Positions 1-9,341 of a stretch of DNA of 49,306 bases are shown one piece after another. The first letter of the stretch is position 1, and every line of letters starts with the position of its first letter. The translations under genes were made by a program, and so were the position numbers. This DNA is from Candidatus Midichloriaceae bacterium (lineage in GTDB: Bacteria; Pseudomonadota; Alphaproteobacteria; Rickettsiales; Midichloriaceae). The stretch is taken from assembly GCA_965655955.1 (NCBI GenBank), contig CBFHIH010000001.1, forward strand, positions 1 through 49,306. Direction: 5' to 3'. The notes beneath the pieces were generated by a model. It was not told the DNA's origin, ran no database searches, and was given only the letters and a program-made list of their open reading frames with translations.

Positions 1-92
1 GGTGTCAGGATCTGATATGAAAGAAGCCTCGATGTTTAAAAGGTTGTATCAAAGAGTGAAGTATTTTTTAACTTCAAAAATATGATATCATT

Positions 93-1331
93 GTGATTTA
101 TATAATACTAGCATTTGCAATACTTTTTGGAATCTTAAGCGCCGTTTTTTACCTTCTTTTAAAAAGAGCTTTAGTAAAAGCCAGCATTGGCAATCAAGCT
201 TTTTTTGATCAATATACTAACTCTCTTTCTGCATTGATCACAAATCAAAGCAGCCTTTTTGAAAAACAAATCAGACTGTTTTCTGATAATGTGACGCAGC
301 AAATAAATCAAAGTCAAACGTCCCAACTTAATCACCTTGAGGTCATGCAACGCCAATTGACACAGATCTCTGAATTAAACGAAAGCAAAATAGAAAATAT
401 GCGAAAGTTTTTTGAAGAAAGAACTTCAAAAACCCAAGTTGAAATAACAAAAAAGCTTGATGAAATAAGAGTAACTGTCGATGAAAAGCTTCACTCAACT
501 TTAGAAAAAAGACTCAGTGAATCCTTTAAAATTGTTAGCACCCAATTAGAAATGGTATATAAAGGATTGGGAGAAATGCAGAACCTAGCCTCCGGCGTTG
601 GAGACTTGAAAAAAGTTTTAACTAACGTCAAAGTCAGAGGTATATGGGGCGAGATACAGTTGGGGAGCATGCTATCGCAAATTTTTTCAAAAGAGCAATA
701 TAAAGAAAATGTTCTGACAAATTCAGCATCAGATCAAAGAGTTGAATTTGCAATAAAATTGCCTTCAAATAATACTAAAAGCTCAGAAATATTGCTTCCA
801 ATAGATTCAAAATTCCCATTATCAGAATATCAAAAACTTGTCGACTTATATGAAGAGAATTCGAATAAAGCACAAGTTGAAAAACAGATCAAAGCATTAG
901 AAAATGTGGTAAAAAAAGAAGCAAAGGCGATATCTGAAAAATACATCAACCCCCCAAACACCACAGACTTCGCAATCATGTTTTTACCCATTGAAGCCCT
1001 ATATGCTGAAATCAGCAGAATACCCAATCTACTTGAAATTCTTCAAAGAGATTATAGAGTCATCATCACCAGCCCAACAACACTAATGGCTCTTCTGAAT
1101 AGCCTGCAGATGGGATTTCGCGCATTTGCGATTGAAAAAAGAAGCGTTGAAATATGGAAGTTATTGGGCAAAGTTAAGCATGATTTTTCTGGTTTTATGA
1201 CTCTTTTAGGTAAAACTAAAACAAAATTAGAGCAAGCGAGCAAAGTTATAGGTGAGGCAGAATACAAAGGAAAAGTCATCACAAGCAAATTGGAAGATGT
1301 AGAAAAAATATCTATAGAATCTCATGAATAA
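93..1331 (+). CDS. rmuC: DNA recombination protein RmuC
   Basis: 412-aa ORF with an N-terminal TM helix (IYIILAFAILFGILSAVFYLLL), a long coiled coil and a C-terminal RmuC-like region (LLPIDSKFP, FAIMFLPIEALYAE, VIITSPTTLMALL). GTG start. 8-nt overlap with the next gene. Confidence 0.85.
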   Translation: MIYIILAFAILFGILSAVFYLLLKRALVKASIGNQAFFDQYTNSLSALITNQSSLFEKQIRLFSDNVTQQINQSQTSQLNHLEVMQRQLTQISELNESKIENMRKFFEERTSKTQVEITKKLDEIRVTVDEKLHSTLEKRLSESFKIVSTQLEMVYKGLGEMQNLASGVGDLKKVLTNVKVRGIWGEIQLGSMLSQIFSKEQYKENVLTNSASDQRVEFAIKLPSNNTKSSEILLPIDSKFPLSEYQKLVDLYEENSNKAQVEKQIKALENVVKKEAKAISEKYINPPNTTDFAIMFLPIEALYAEISRIPNLLEILQRDYRVIITSPTTLMALLNSLQMGFRAFAIEKRSVEIWKLLGKVKHDFSGFMTLLGKTKTKLEQASKVIGEAEYKGKVITSKLEDVEKISIESHE

Positions 1332-3429
1332 GCACATTAGTTTTTTAGAAAATCTTAATGAAAGCCAGCTCAAGGCAGTGCTTTTTGTCAATGGGCCACT
1401 ATTGATATTAGCAGGAGCAGGCACAGGCAAAACCACAGTGCTAACCTCAAGGATATTAAATTTAATTAAGAATAATCATGCATTTCCTCATGAAATTTTA
1501 TCTGTGACATTCACCAATAAAGCAGCGCAAGAAATGCGAGAAAGAATTGCAAAAAATCTCAACAACTCTACTTTTGACATAAACATGGGCACCTTTCATT
1601 CTGTTGCTGCAAAAATCTTAAGAAAGCACGCGACCAAGATAGGATATACAGGTAATTACGTCATTATTAATCAAGATGATCAGCTCAGAATAATAAAAAA
1701 GATTCTTAAAGACTTGAATATAGATGAAAAATCTCTTCCTTCAAAAATAGTGCTAAATGAAATAAACAGATTAAAAGACAGAGCTTTGCCTCATAACAGT
1801 TTAAAAGGCGATGAATTTCAAATAAAAGAACCACGTCTAAAACACATATATAGCTTATATCAAGAGATCTTAGAAAAATCTAACGCAATGGATTTTGGAG
1901 ATTTGATATTAAAAAACATTGAATTATTCAATACAAATCTTGATGTGTGCTCATATTATCAAAATAAGTTTAAATATATATTGGTGGACGAATATCAAGA
2001 CACGAATGTTGCGCAATACCTGTGGATTCGACTATTGTCACAAAACAATCATAACATATGCTGCGTTGGAGATGATGATCAATCTATATATGGCTGGAGA
2101 GGCGCAGAAATACAAAATATCCTAAGATTTGACAAGGATTATCCCAACACAACCACCATACGATTAGAAAAAAACTACAGGTCTACCTCCTCTATATTAA
2201 ACGTTGCAAGCGCTATTATTGATAAAAATAACACTAGGCATAAAAAAAGATTGTGGACTGATAAAGAATCTGGGCAAAAAGTTCAAATTACAAATTATTA
2301 CGACGATAAAGAAGAAGCCAGAGCTATAGTAGATAAGATAGATCTAATGAACAGAGTGGAAAAAAGAGCTTTATCAGATATAGCAATTTTAGTGAGAGCT
2401 GGACATCAAACAAGAAATTTTGAAGAAAGTTTGAACTATATGAACATACCTTATAAAATCGTAGGTAGTATAAAATTTTATGATAGAGCAGAAATTAGAG
2501 ATAGCATTGCTTACATAAGGCTTTTAAATAATAAAGATGATAATCTGGCTTTTGAAAGAATCATCAATGTCCCAAAAAGAGGTGTGGGAAATGTAGGGTT
2601 ACAGAATATTATTAAGCTCGCAAAAGAAAAAGCTACCTCTTATTTCTTTGCTGCTGAGGAAGCAGTTAGTCAAAAATTAATCAAGGGTAAAGCTGCTAAG
2701 GAAATTGAAGCATTTACATCAAACATCCGGCAGTTCGCTGAACAATTGAAAACAGAAGAACACTCTCAAATTTTTGAAAAAACACTCGACGCTATGGGTT
2801 ATTTTAGTTATTTGCAAGAAGATAAAAATGAAGTAGTAAGAGATAGAATTCAGAATGTGAAGGAATTGATCAAAAGCTTATCTGAACATGAAAGCATCAG
2901 CACTTTTTTAGAATACATTAGTTTATTAACAGATACATCAAATAGTAATGATGATGAACAAGTGAGTATCATGACTATACATTCAGCAAAAGGATTAGAG
3001 TTCCACACTGTCTTTTTGCCAGGGTGGGAAGAAGGAATATTGCCAAGCACTCAAGCAATAGATGACAAACGTGAATTTTCTATCGAAGAAGAGAGGAGAC
3101 TTGCTTATGTTGCTGTAACAAGAGCAAAAGAAAGGTTGATGATCTCTTATGGATCGTATAGGAAGGTGTATGGTAATTTTCAAATGAGCGAACCTTCAAG
3201 ATTTATCAACGACATCCCTAAAAATGAATACAAAACGGTAAATAATTATTTTAATCAAACTTATCAAGATATCCGTAAGAAAGAAAATTTTTCTGTGGGA
3301 ACTAAAGTGTCTCATCAAGAATTTGGTTATGGCATAATATTGTCAATTCATCATGAATTTGCCGAGGTTTTTTTCGAAAAAGGAGGAGTCAAAACATTGC
3401 TTATGGAATATTTACAATTGATAAAATGA
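1324..3429 (+). CDS. uvrD: ATP-dependent DNA helicase, UvrD/PcrA/Rep family (SF1)
   Basis: 701 aa with SF1 motifs GAGTGKTT (Walker A), LVDEYQDTN, GDDDQSIYGWRGA, NYRS, TIHSAKGLEF and YVAVTRAK. Confidence 0.9.
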   Translation: MNKHISFLENLNESQLKAVLFVNGPLLILAGAGTGKTTVLTSRILNLIKNNHAFPHEILSVTFTNKAAQEMRERIAKNLNNSTFDINMGTFHSVAAKILRKHATKIGYTGNYVIINQDDQLRIIKKILKDLNIDEKSLPSKIVLNEINRLKDRALPHNSLKGDEFQIKEPRLKHIYSLYQEILEKSNAMDFGDLILKNIELFNTNLDVCSYYQNKFKYILVDEYQDTNVAQYLWIRLLSQNNHNICCVGDDDQSIYGWRGAEIQNILRFDKDYPNTTTIRLEKNYRSTSSILNVASAIIDKNNTRHKKRLWTDKESGQKVQITNYYDDKEEARAIVDKIDLMNRVEKRALSDIAILVRAGHQTRNFEESLNYMNIPYKIVGSIKFYDRAEIRDSIAYIRLLNNKDDNLAFERIINVPKRGVGNVGLQNIIKLAKEKATSYFFAAEEAVSQKLIKGKAAKEIEAFTSNIRQFAEQLKTEEHSQIFEKTLDAMGYFSYLQEDKNEVVRDRIQNVKELIKSLSEHESISTFLEYISLLTDTSNSNDDEQVSIMTIHSAKGLEFHTVFLPGWEEGILPSTQAIDDKREFSIEEERRLAYVAVTRAKERLMISYGSYRKVYGNFQMSEPSRFINDIPKNEYKTVNNYFNQTYQDIRKKENFSVGTKVSHQEFGYGIILSIHHEFAEVFFEKGGVKTLLMEYLQLIK

Positions 3430-4124
3430 GTACAAACAATAATAACCCCCCTAATCATATTGCAATTATAATGGATGGTAATAGCAGATGGGCTAAGAAT
3501 AGGTTAATCACGCAAAATTTAGGGTATAAAAAAGGTATAATAGCTGCTCAAAACATAATCCGACATGCAAAAAATATAGGTGTGAAATATTTAACTTTAT
3601 TTGCGTTTTCTTCAGAAAATTGGAATAGACCAGAGAAGGATGTGAAAGAGATAATGGATATGCTTAGAAAATATTTAAAGAAGGATATTGAGGAGTTATT
3701 GCACGAAGATATAAAAATCATCTTTATTGGCAGCAGAAAAAGGCTGGATCCAGATATAGCTGAGCTAATGCACCAAGTAGAAGAAAGGTCTAAAAATAAC
3801 AGTTTTAATCTGATTATGGCAATGAGCTACGGTTCACGAAATGAGATATTGGATGCAGCAATTGAATTCTCTAAAAAAATAGATAGCCACCCTCAAAAAA
3901 GCGCTCTTGATACCTTCACCTCAACTATCAATCCACATAACATCCCAGATCCAGATTTATTGATACGAACAAGTGGCGAATATCGATTAAGTAACTTTTT
4001 ATTGTGGCAAATTGCATATACAGAGCTCTATTTCACAGATAAATTATGGCCCGATTTCACAACAAAAGATCTGGATGATGCAATTAACAACTATAACTCT
4101 AGAGAAAGGAGGTACGGAAGATGA
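3426..4124 (+). CDS. uppS: undecaprenyl-diphosphate synthase (cis-prenyltransferase)
   Basis: HIAIIMDGNSRWA, FAFSSENWNRP and LLIRTSGEYRLSNFLLWQIAYTELYF. ATGA overlap with the uvrD stop. Confidence 0.95.
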   Translation: MSTNNNNPPNHIAIIMDGNSRWAKNRLITQNLGYKKGIIAAQNIIRHAKNIGVKYLTLFAFSSENWNRPEKDVKEIMDMLRKYLKKDIEELLHEDIKIIFIGSRKRLDPDIAELMHQVEERSKNNSFNLIMAMSYGSRNEILDAAIEFSKKIDSHPQKSALDTFTSTINPHNIPDPDLLIRTSGEYRLSNFLLWQIAYTELYFTDKLWPDFTTKDLDDAINNYNSRERRYGR

Positions 4125-4789
4125 TTTGCTCTACCCTAACAAAGAGAGTACTGACCGCACTTTTTCTTATACCATTAGCGTATTTTTTCATTTTCAAAGG
4201 AGGAATCTTTTATAGCATATTTTTAATTACCATAATGATCATATCGTTATATGAAGTTGTAAAAATAATTTTTTGGCAAAATTATTCTGTTAGAGCAAAA
4301 GAGAAATGTCTTTATTGTTTTTTTGCAATTTTGTATATAGCTTTCTCAATGTATAGCCTATACACCATTAGGGGAAGTGTCCAAGGCTATGAGTTAACTT
4401 TATATTTGTTTTTTACAGTTTGTGTATTTGATACATCTGCTTATTTTATAGGAAGTTTATTAAAAGGACCAAAATTAATGCCTAAGATTAGCCCTAAAAA
4501 AACTTGGTCTGGATTAATTGGTGGATCCTTAATAACATTAGTGACCATTTTTAGTACATTCCATGCCCTCGACCAAGATTTAGAAACTGCTTTCATCACA
4601 GCATTTATATCTTGTATCATTGGTGTTATGGGACAAATAGGTGACTTCATAGAATCTAGTTTTAAAAGAAAATTCGGCGTTAAAGATAGTGGCTCTTTAT
4701 TGCCAGGTCATGGAGGAATATTAGACAGAATGGATAGTGTTTTTTTATCATCTATTACATTATTTTTATTTAGATTTCATAAATATTAA
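4121..4789 (+). CDS. cdsA: phosphatidate cytidylyltransferase
   Basis: Polytopic membrane protein with the C-terminal signature SSFKRKFGVKDSGSLLPGHGGILDRMDS. Conserved uppS-cdsA-dxr order. Confidence 0.9.
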   Translation: MICSTLTKRVLTALFLIPLAYFFIFKGGIFYSIFLITIMIISLYEVVKIIFWQNYSVRAKEKCLYCFFAILYIAFSMYSLYTIRGSVQGYELTLYLFFTVCVFDTSAYFIGSLLKGPKLMPKISPKKTWSGLIGGSLITLVTIFSTFHALDQDLETAFITAFISCIIGVMGQIGDFIESSFKRKFGVKDSGSLLPGHGGILDRMDSVFLSSITLFLFRFHKY

Positions 4790-5934
4790 TGACGAAAAAG
4801 AAAATAGCAGTTTTAGGAGCAACAGGCAGCATAGGTAAAAGTACCCTTGCTCTGCTTCAAGAAAAAATAGATCTTTTTGAAATAGTTACCTTAACAGCAA
4901 ACACTAATGCTGTTGAATTGGCTCATCTTGCTAATAAGCATCAACCAAAAAACATAGTCATAAAGGATGACTCAAAACACAAAGAACTTTCTGAGATATT
5001 ACACTTTAATAATAAAGTGAATGTTTACGCTGGAGAAGATGATTTTTATAATCTTCTCACCTTAGAATACGATATTGTAATAGTTGGCATCTCAGGCATT
5101 GCCGCAATAAAACCATTATTCAAAGCACTTGAGAGCACTAAATTAGTTGGTTTAGCAAATAAAGAAAGTATTATCTGTGCAGGAGAATTGATCATAAAAA
5201 AAGCAAATAATCTGGGAGTAAAAATCATTCCTTTAGATTCAGAGCACAACGCCATTTTTCAGTTATTACAAGAAAAAGATAATGGCTCAATAGAAAAGGT
5301 TGTCTTAACAGCTTCTGGAGGTCCATTTCTCAACTTTCCTTTAGAAAAATTAAAAAACATCACACCAAGTCAAGCTGTAAAGCATCCAAATTGGTCTATG
5401 GGGGCAAAAATCTCTGTTGATTGCGCCAACATGATGAACAAAGGCTTGGAAATAATAGAGGCGTGCCAGCTATTTAACTTTAATATTAACAATGTTGACG
5501 CAATCATTCATCCGCAGTCAATAATGCATACCTTGGTTCATTATTGCGATGGCTCTGTTTTATCTCAATTAGCTTGGCATGATATGAGAACCGCTATTTC
5601 AACTGCATTAAATCATCCAAACAGGCTTGCTTTTAATTATCCAAAAATTAACTTTCATAACTTAAATTTATCTTTTCATGAAATAGATAAAGAAAGATAT
5701 CCAATGTTTTTTCTTGCAAAAGAAGTTTATAAAAAAGGTATGTGCCAAACAATAACCATGAATGTTACTAATGAAATTGCCGTCTCTAAATTTTTACAAA
5801 ACAAGATAGGCTTTTTAGAAATATACAAGATTGTATCTCAAGCTATCGATAAGACCGATATTCAGAAACTGAATGTCATAGATGATGCGCTAGAATACAT
5901 AGAGGCATGCGCTTTAAAAAATAAAGATCTTTAA
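4789..5934 (+). CDS. dxr: 1-deoxy-D-xylulose 5-phosphate reductoisomerase
   Basis: VLGATGSIGKST (NADPH site), LDSEHNAIFQ, ASGGPF, HPNWSMGAKISVD and NKGLEIIEA. TAATG overlap with cdsA. Confidence 0.95.
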   Translation: MTKKKIAVLGATGSIGKSTLALLQEKIDLFEIVTLTANTNAVELAHLANKHQPKNIVIKDDSKHKELSEILHFNNKVNVYAGEDDFYNLLTLEYDIVIVGISGIAAIKPLFKALESTKLVGLANKESIICAGELIIKKANNLGVKIIPLDSEHNAIFQLLQEKDNGSIEKVVLTASGGPFLNFPLEKLKNITPSQAVKHPNWSMGAKISVDCANMMNKGLEIIEACQLFNFNINNVDAIIHPQSIMHTLVHYCDGSVLSQLAWHDMRTAISTALNHPNRLAFNYPKINFHNLNLSFHEIDKERYPMFFLAKEVYKKGMCQTITMNVTNEIAVSKFLQNKIGFLEIYKIVSQAIDKTDIQKLNVIDDALEYIEACALKNKDL

Positions 5935-6046
5935 TATTAAATATTAAAATAAATGGTTTTATTTCTTTTTTTCTGGTGCTAGGCTTAGGTCAATGGAAGT
6001 GTTTAAGTATTGAGGGGAGTGGCGATGTAATTTTGGTAATATTGAT

Positions 6047-6943
6047 ATGAATGAAGTGCTTATTTACACGAAAAACTCTTGCCTTCACTGCTTTACAGCA
6101 AAAGAATTATTAAAGAAAAAAGGAATAGAATATCAAGAAATAGATATAACAAACAGTACAGAAAAAATCGATGATCTGTCTAATAAAACTGGCGGCATGA
6201 GAACTGTCCCCCAGATATTTGTAAATGGCACTCATCTTGGAGGATATAATGAATTGTTAAATTATTGTAATAACTTTGAGCATAACAAAGAAAAAAGTGT
6301 TATAAAAAAAGAAAATAATGATATATCGCACCATGTACAAATACAATCTTCCAGTGATCACAATCCAACATGGACTCTGAAAAAAAAACTGAAACCTAAT
6401 TTGAGAAAAGGACGAAAAAGAGATCCTCTAAAACCTGATCAAAAAATCTCCTTTAAAACAATTGATTATGATCAAATATGGAGTAAGGGACAAATTTTCA
6501 GACTTGAATATAGAATCATCTTAAATTTTTTAATCCGTAAATTTCCATTAGTATTTGGGTGGAAAAATGTCGTTGTTCTAAAGGTAGGTATTTTGAATGA
6601 CATATTAGAGCATGATATAGGAATATCGAGAAATAAACTAAACAATTTCTTACAAGCTTATTGTAACAAACGTTTATACAGAGAATTACATGTAGAGGGA
6701 ACAGCAAGATATGATCTAAATGGAAATGAAGCTGGAGTTGTCACAAAAGAGCATGTTGAAGGTAAGCAAGCAAACCTAGAAAAGGCACGACAGATTAGAG
6801 AAGAAAAGATGAAAAAATCTACAGAGGAAAGTAAATCTAAAGATCTGATTGATGAAAAAAATTGGAAACGTATTAAAAAGAAAAAAAACAAAACAAAGGG
6901 GTCTATAGTAGAAATCAAACAAAAAGACTTCATCGATATTTAG
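6047..6943 (+). CDS. glutaredoxin domain fused to a ProQ/FinO-family RNA-binding domain
   Basis: Residues 1-78 are a Grx fold (VLIYTKNSCLHCFTAKELL, TVPQIFVNGTHLGGYNEL) with active site CLHC instead of CPYC. Residues ~150-255 match the ProQ N-terminal FinO-like domain by eye (FPLVFG, LKVGILNDIL, ISRNKLNNFLQAYCNKRLYRELHVEGTARYDLNGNEAGVVTKEHVE). Lys-rich C-terminal tail. No stop or frame change between the modules. Confidence 0.75.
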   Translation: MNEVLIYTKNSCLHCFTAKELLKKKGIEYQEIDITNSTEKIDDLSNKTGGMRTVPQIFVNGTHLGGYNELLNYCNNFEHNKEKSVIKKENNDISHHVQIQSSSDHNPTWTLKKKLKPNLRKGRKRDPLKPDQKISFKTIDYDQIWSKGQIFRLEYRIILNFLIRKFPLVFGWKNVVVLKVGILNDILEHDIGISRNKLNNFLQAYCNKRLYRELHVEGTARYDLNGNEAGVVTKEHVEGKQANLEKARQIREEKMKKSTEESKSKDLIDEKNWKRIKKKKNKTKGSIVEIKQKDFIDI

Positions 6944-7026
6944 ACACACTAGACTAAATATTTTGATTGATTGTTTTATAGAAACATGGTAAATAACTAT
7001 CTTATAAATCGAAATAGGGTACAAGT

Positions 7027-7227
7027 TTGATAGAAGTTCAAGTAAGATTTAACAACGTAGACTACTCATTGAGAGTGTTGAAAAAAAAGCTTCAAAAAGA
7101 GGGAGTTTTTAAATCTATGAAGGAAAAACGCCACTATGAAAAACCTTCGGAAAAAAAACTTAGAAAAAGAATAGAAGCTACTAAAAGAAAACACAAATCC
7201 AGAAGAATGTACTCTTCAAACCACTAG
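7027..7227 (+). CDS. rpsU: 30S ribosomal protein S21
   Basis: 66 aa and strongly basic. VQVRFNNVDYSLRVLKKKLQKEGVFKSMKEKRHYEKPSEKK matches the S21 pattern. TTG start. Confidence 0.85.
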   Translation: MIEVQVRFNNVDYSLRVLKKKLQKEGVFKSMKEKRHYEKPSEKKLRKRIEATKRKHKSRRMYSSNH

Positions 7228-7259
7228 CCTCGAATACATTATCCCCAACCTTTTGCCAG

Positions 7260-7988
7260 ATGTCTTTCGAGGCTCAACATTTATATAAGACACATAATAA
7301 AAAAAACATAGTGTCTGATGTCAATATTTCGTTAAATAAATCAGAAGTAGTTGGCTTGTTAGGACCTAATGGTGCCGGCAAATCAACATCTTTTTATATC
7401 TTAGCAGGAATCATAAAGCCTTCCAGTGGTGCAATATATTTAAATCAAAAAGACATTACTCAACTATCTTTATCTTTTCGTGCAAAATTAGGAATATCAT
7501 ACCTACCACAGGAATCTTCAATCTTCAGGAACATGTCTGTTGAAGAAAATATCATGACTGCATTAGAAGTGGTAGAAAAAGATTGGGAAACACGTCAACA
7601 CCTTGTCGAAGAGCTTATGACAGAGTTTTCAATAGAGCATTTACGCAAAGCAGACGCCGTATCTTTATCAGGTGGAGAAAGAAGAAGGCTAGAGATTGCT
7701 AGGTGTATGGCAATAAGACCTGAATACATATTACTTGATGAACCATTAGCGGGAATAGACCCTATAGCAATCTCTAATATTTCATCCTTAATCCAAGATT
7801 TAAAATCTAAAGGCGTGGGAGTCTTAATTACAGACCATAATGCAAAAGAAATCTTTTCTCTCGTTGACAGAGCATACATTATGTATGAAGGGAAGATAAT
7901 TGCATATGGCACATCAAAGGAGCTCTCATCTAACAAGCAAGTACGAGAAAAATACCTGGGCTCGAATTTCAACCAATATAGTGAATAA
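7260..7988 (+). CDS. lptB: LPS export ABC transporter ATP-binding protein LptB
   Basis: 242 aa with GPNGAGKST, YLPQESSIFRNMSVEENI, LSGGERRRLEIAR, LLDEPLAGIDP and ITDHN. Size and motifs fit LptB. Confidence 0.88.
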   Translation: MSFEAQHLYKTHNKKNIVSDVNISLNKSEVVGLLGPNGAGKSTSFYILAGIIKPSSGAIYLNQKDITQLSLSFRAKLGISYLPQESSIFRNMSVEENIMTALEVVEKDWETRQHLVEELMTEFSIEHLRKADAVSLSGGERRRLEIARCMAIRPEYILLDEPLAGIDPIAISNISSLIQDLKSKGVGVLITDHNAKEIFSLVDRAYIMYEGKIIAYGTSKELSSNKQVREKYLGSNFNQYSE

Positions 7989-8060
7989 AATAAATTCTTA
8001 ATTTGAACAACAACCAAGCTTATGCTATAATCCACAGTGATGAACTATACATGATGTTAC

Positions 8061-9239
8061 ATGAAAAATTTCAATGTTGATTTCAAGGCTCTTGCTGTTA
8101 CTGTGATTTACCCTATACTCTTAATAATCATGGCTGTAATCTACTCCAGGTATTATAAAATTGGCACCTTTGAGATACTTTGCATGGTCGTGACATATTA
8201 CATAATAAATATATCTGTTGGAGTGGGCCTGCATAGGTTATGGTCTCATGGCGCGTATAAAGCGAAAAAATCTGTTGAATTTGTTCTTTCATTATTAACC
8301 GCAGCAACTCTTCAAGGTCCCATACTGGCATGGGCATCGGATCATATGATGCATCATCAACATACAGATGAAGAAAAAGATCCACACACTGCTCTAAAAT
8401 TTAAAAACAAGCTAGTGGGCTTTCTTTGGTCTCATATGGGCTGGATGATATTCCCGACAAATAAAACAAAAAAAATAGAAAGGGTTGCCCTTGTAAAACT
8501 TGGTAGAAATAAAATTGTTATGTGGCAATTTAGAAATTACTGGAAAATTGCTATTTTAATGAATCTACTACCTTTAGTTATCGGTTATCTAATTGGTGGG
8601 ACGGTGCATTATGCAATTTCAGCATTTATTTTCATGGGCCTTGGGAGAGCCATTCAGCAACAAGCAACGTTTTGTGTCAATTCGATAGTTCACGTAAACA
8701 TGGGTACAAGACAATATTACTATGGCACAGCAAATGACATATGGTGGCTCTTTTTTATGTTATTAGGCGAAAATTGGCATAATTTCCACCACGCTTTTGC
8801 CAGTGATTATCGCAATGGACCCAAGTGGTATCATCTTGATATTCATAAGTGGGTCATAGCACTTCTTGCTAAGTGTGGTCTAGCAAGTGATTTAGTTGTA
8901 ACATCAAAGGAGAGAATTGCTTCTATGGTTGAGGAAGTAAAGAAAAAGACTATAGCTGATCGCAATAATAAGATATTAACGATTGAAAAAATGTCTAATG
9001 AAATCTATGCTCTGGCAGTCAACAAACTCAAATCCGCAGAAAAGTCTGCTACAAAATTTGCAGAAGATTTTAAAGAAAATTTAAATATTGTTGTTGAAAA
9101 ATCTTCGAATATAATTAAGAATATTCAAGAGTTGCAGAAGGAGAATATAGAAGAAGCAGTATTGAAAAGCTTGTCTTCGAAACTCGAAGATTTGAAAAAA
9201 ATAGCCTTTAAATTAGGAATTTACTGTCAGTCTGCATAG
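8061..9239 (+). CDS. membrane fatty-acid (acyl-CoA/acyl-lipid delta-9 type) desaturase
   Basis: Three histidine boxes typical of stearoyl-CoA-type desaturases (HRLWSH, HMMHHQHTD, HNFHHAF), TM helices and a coiled-coil C-terminal region. Confidence 0.85.
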   Translation: MKNFNVDFKALAVTVIYPILLIIMAVIYSRYYKIGTFEILCMVVTYYIINISVGVGLHRLWSHGAYKAKKSVEFVLSLLTAATLQGPILAWASDHMMHHQHTDEEKDPHTALKFKNKLVGFLWSHMGWMIFPTNKTKKIERVALVKLGRNKIVMWQFRNYWKIAILMNLLPLVIGYLIGGTVHYAISAFIFMGLGRAIQQQATFCVNSIVHVNMGTRQYYYGTANDIWWLFFMLLGENWHNFHHAFASDYRNGPKWYHLDIHKWVIALLAKCGLASDLVVTSKERIASMVEEVKKKTIADRNNKILTIEKMSNEIYALAVNKLKSAEKSATKFAEDFKENLNIVVEKSSNIIKNIQELQKENIEEAVLKSLSSKLEDLKKIAFKLGIYCQSA

Positions 9240-9245
9240 TTTTTT

Positions 9246-9324
9246 CGGGGTATAGCGTAGCCTGGTTTATCGCGCCTGGTTTGGGACCAGGAGATCGGGA
9301 GTTCAAATCTCTCTACCCCGACCA
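9246..9324 (+). tRNA. tRNA-Pro (anticodon UGG)
   Basis: Hand-folded cloverleaf. Acceptor cggggta/taccccg (9246-9252 with 9314-9320). Anticodon stem cctgg/ccagg with loop tt-TGG-ga (anticodon 9282-9284). T-arm gggag-ttcaaat-ctctc. Discriminator A followed by an encoded CCA (9322-9324). Confidence 0.9.
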
Positions 9325-9341
9325 TTGATCTTATTAACAAT

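Noticed and set aside
2-85. An open frame running in from the left window edge and ending at TGA (83-85), possibly the 3' end of an upstream gene.
   Set aside because: Only 27 codons are visible (VSGSDMKEASMFKRLYQRVKYFLTSKI), which is too short to identify or to separate from chance.
7595-8035. 146-aa minus-strand ORF, plus similar antisense ORFs elsewhere (for example 11306-11602, 14101-14439, 16966-17301, 23724-24068, 29170-29509, 36838-37143, 39637-39957, 42947-43249).
   Set aside because: Each is fully embedded antisense to a confidently identified gene (lptB, mfd, htpG, hemA, fliF, ppa, trmFO, pal, comEC). None has a recognisable motif or RBS.
8900-9239. The C-terminal ~110-aa coiled-coil extension of the desaturase as an unusual fusion.
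   Set aside because: From memory, bacterial delta-9 desaturases of about 390 aa (for example Pseudomonas DesA-like enzymes) carry comparable C-terminal regions. The length is therefore probably normal for the family.
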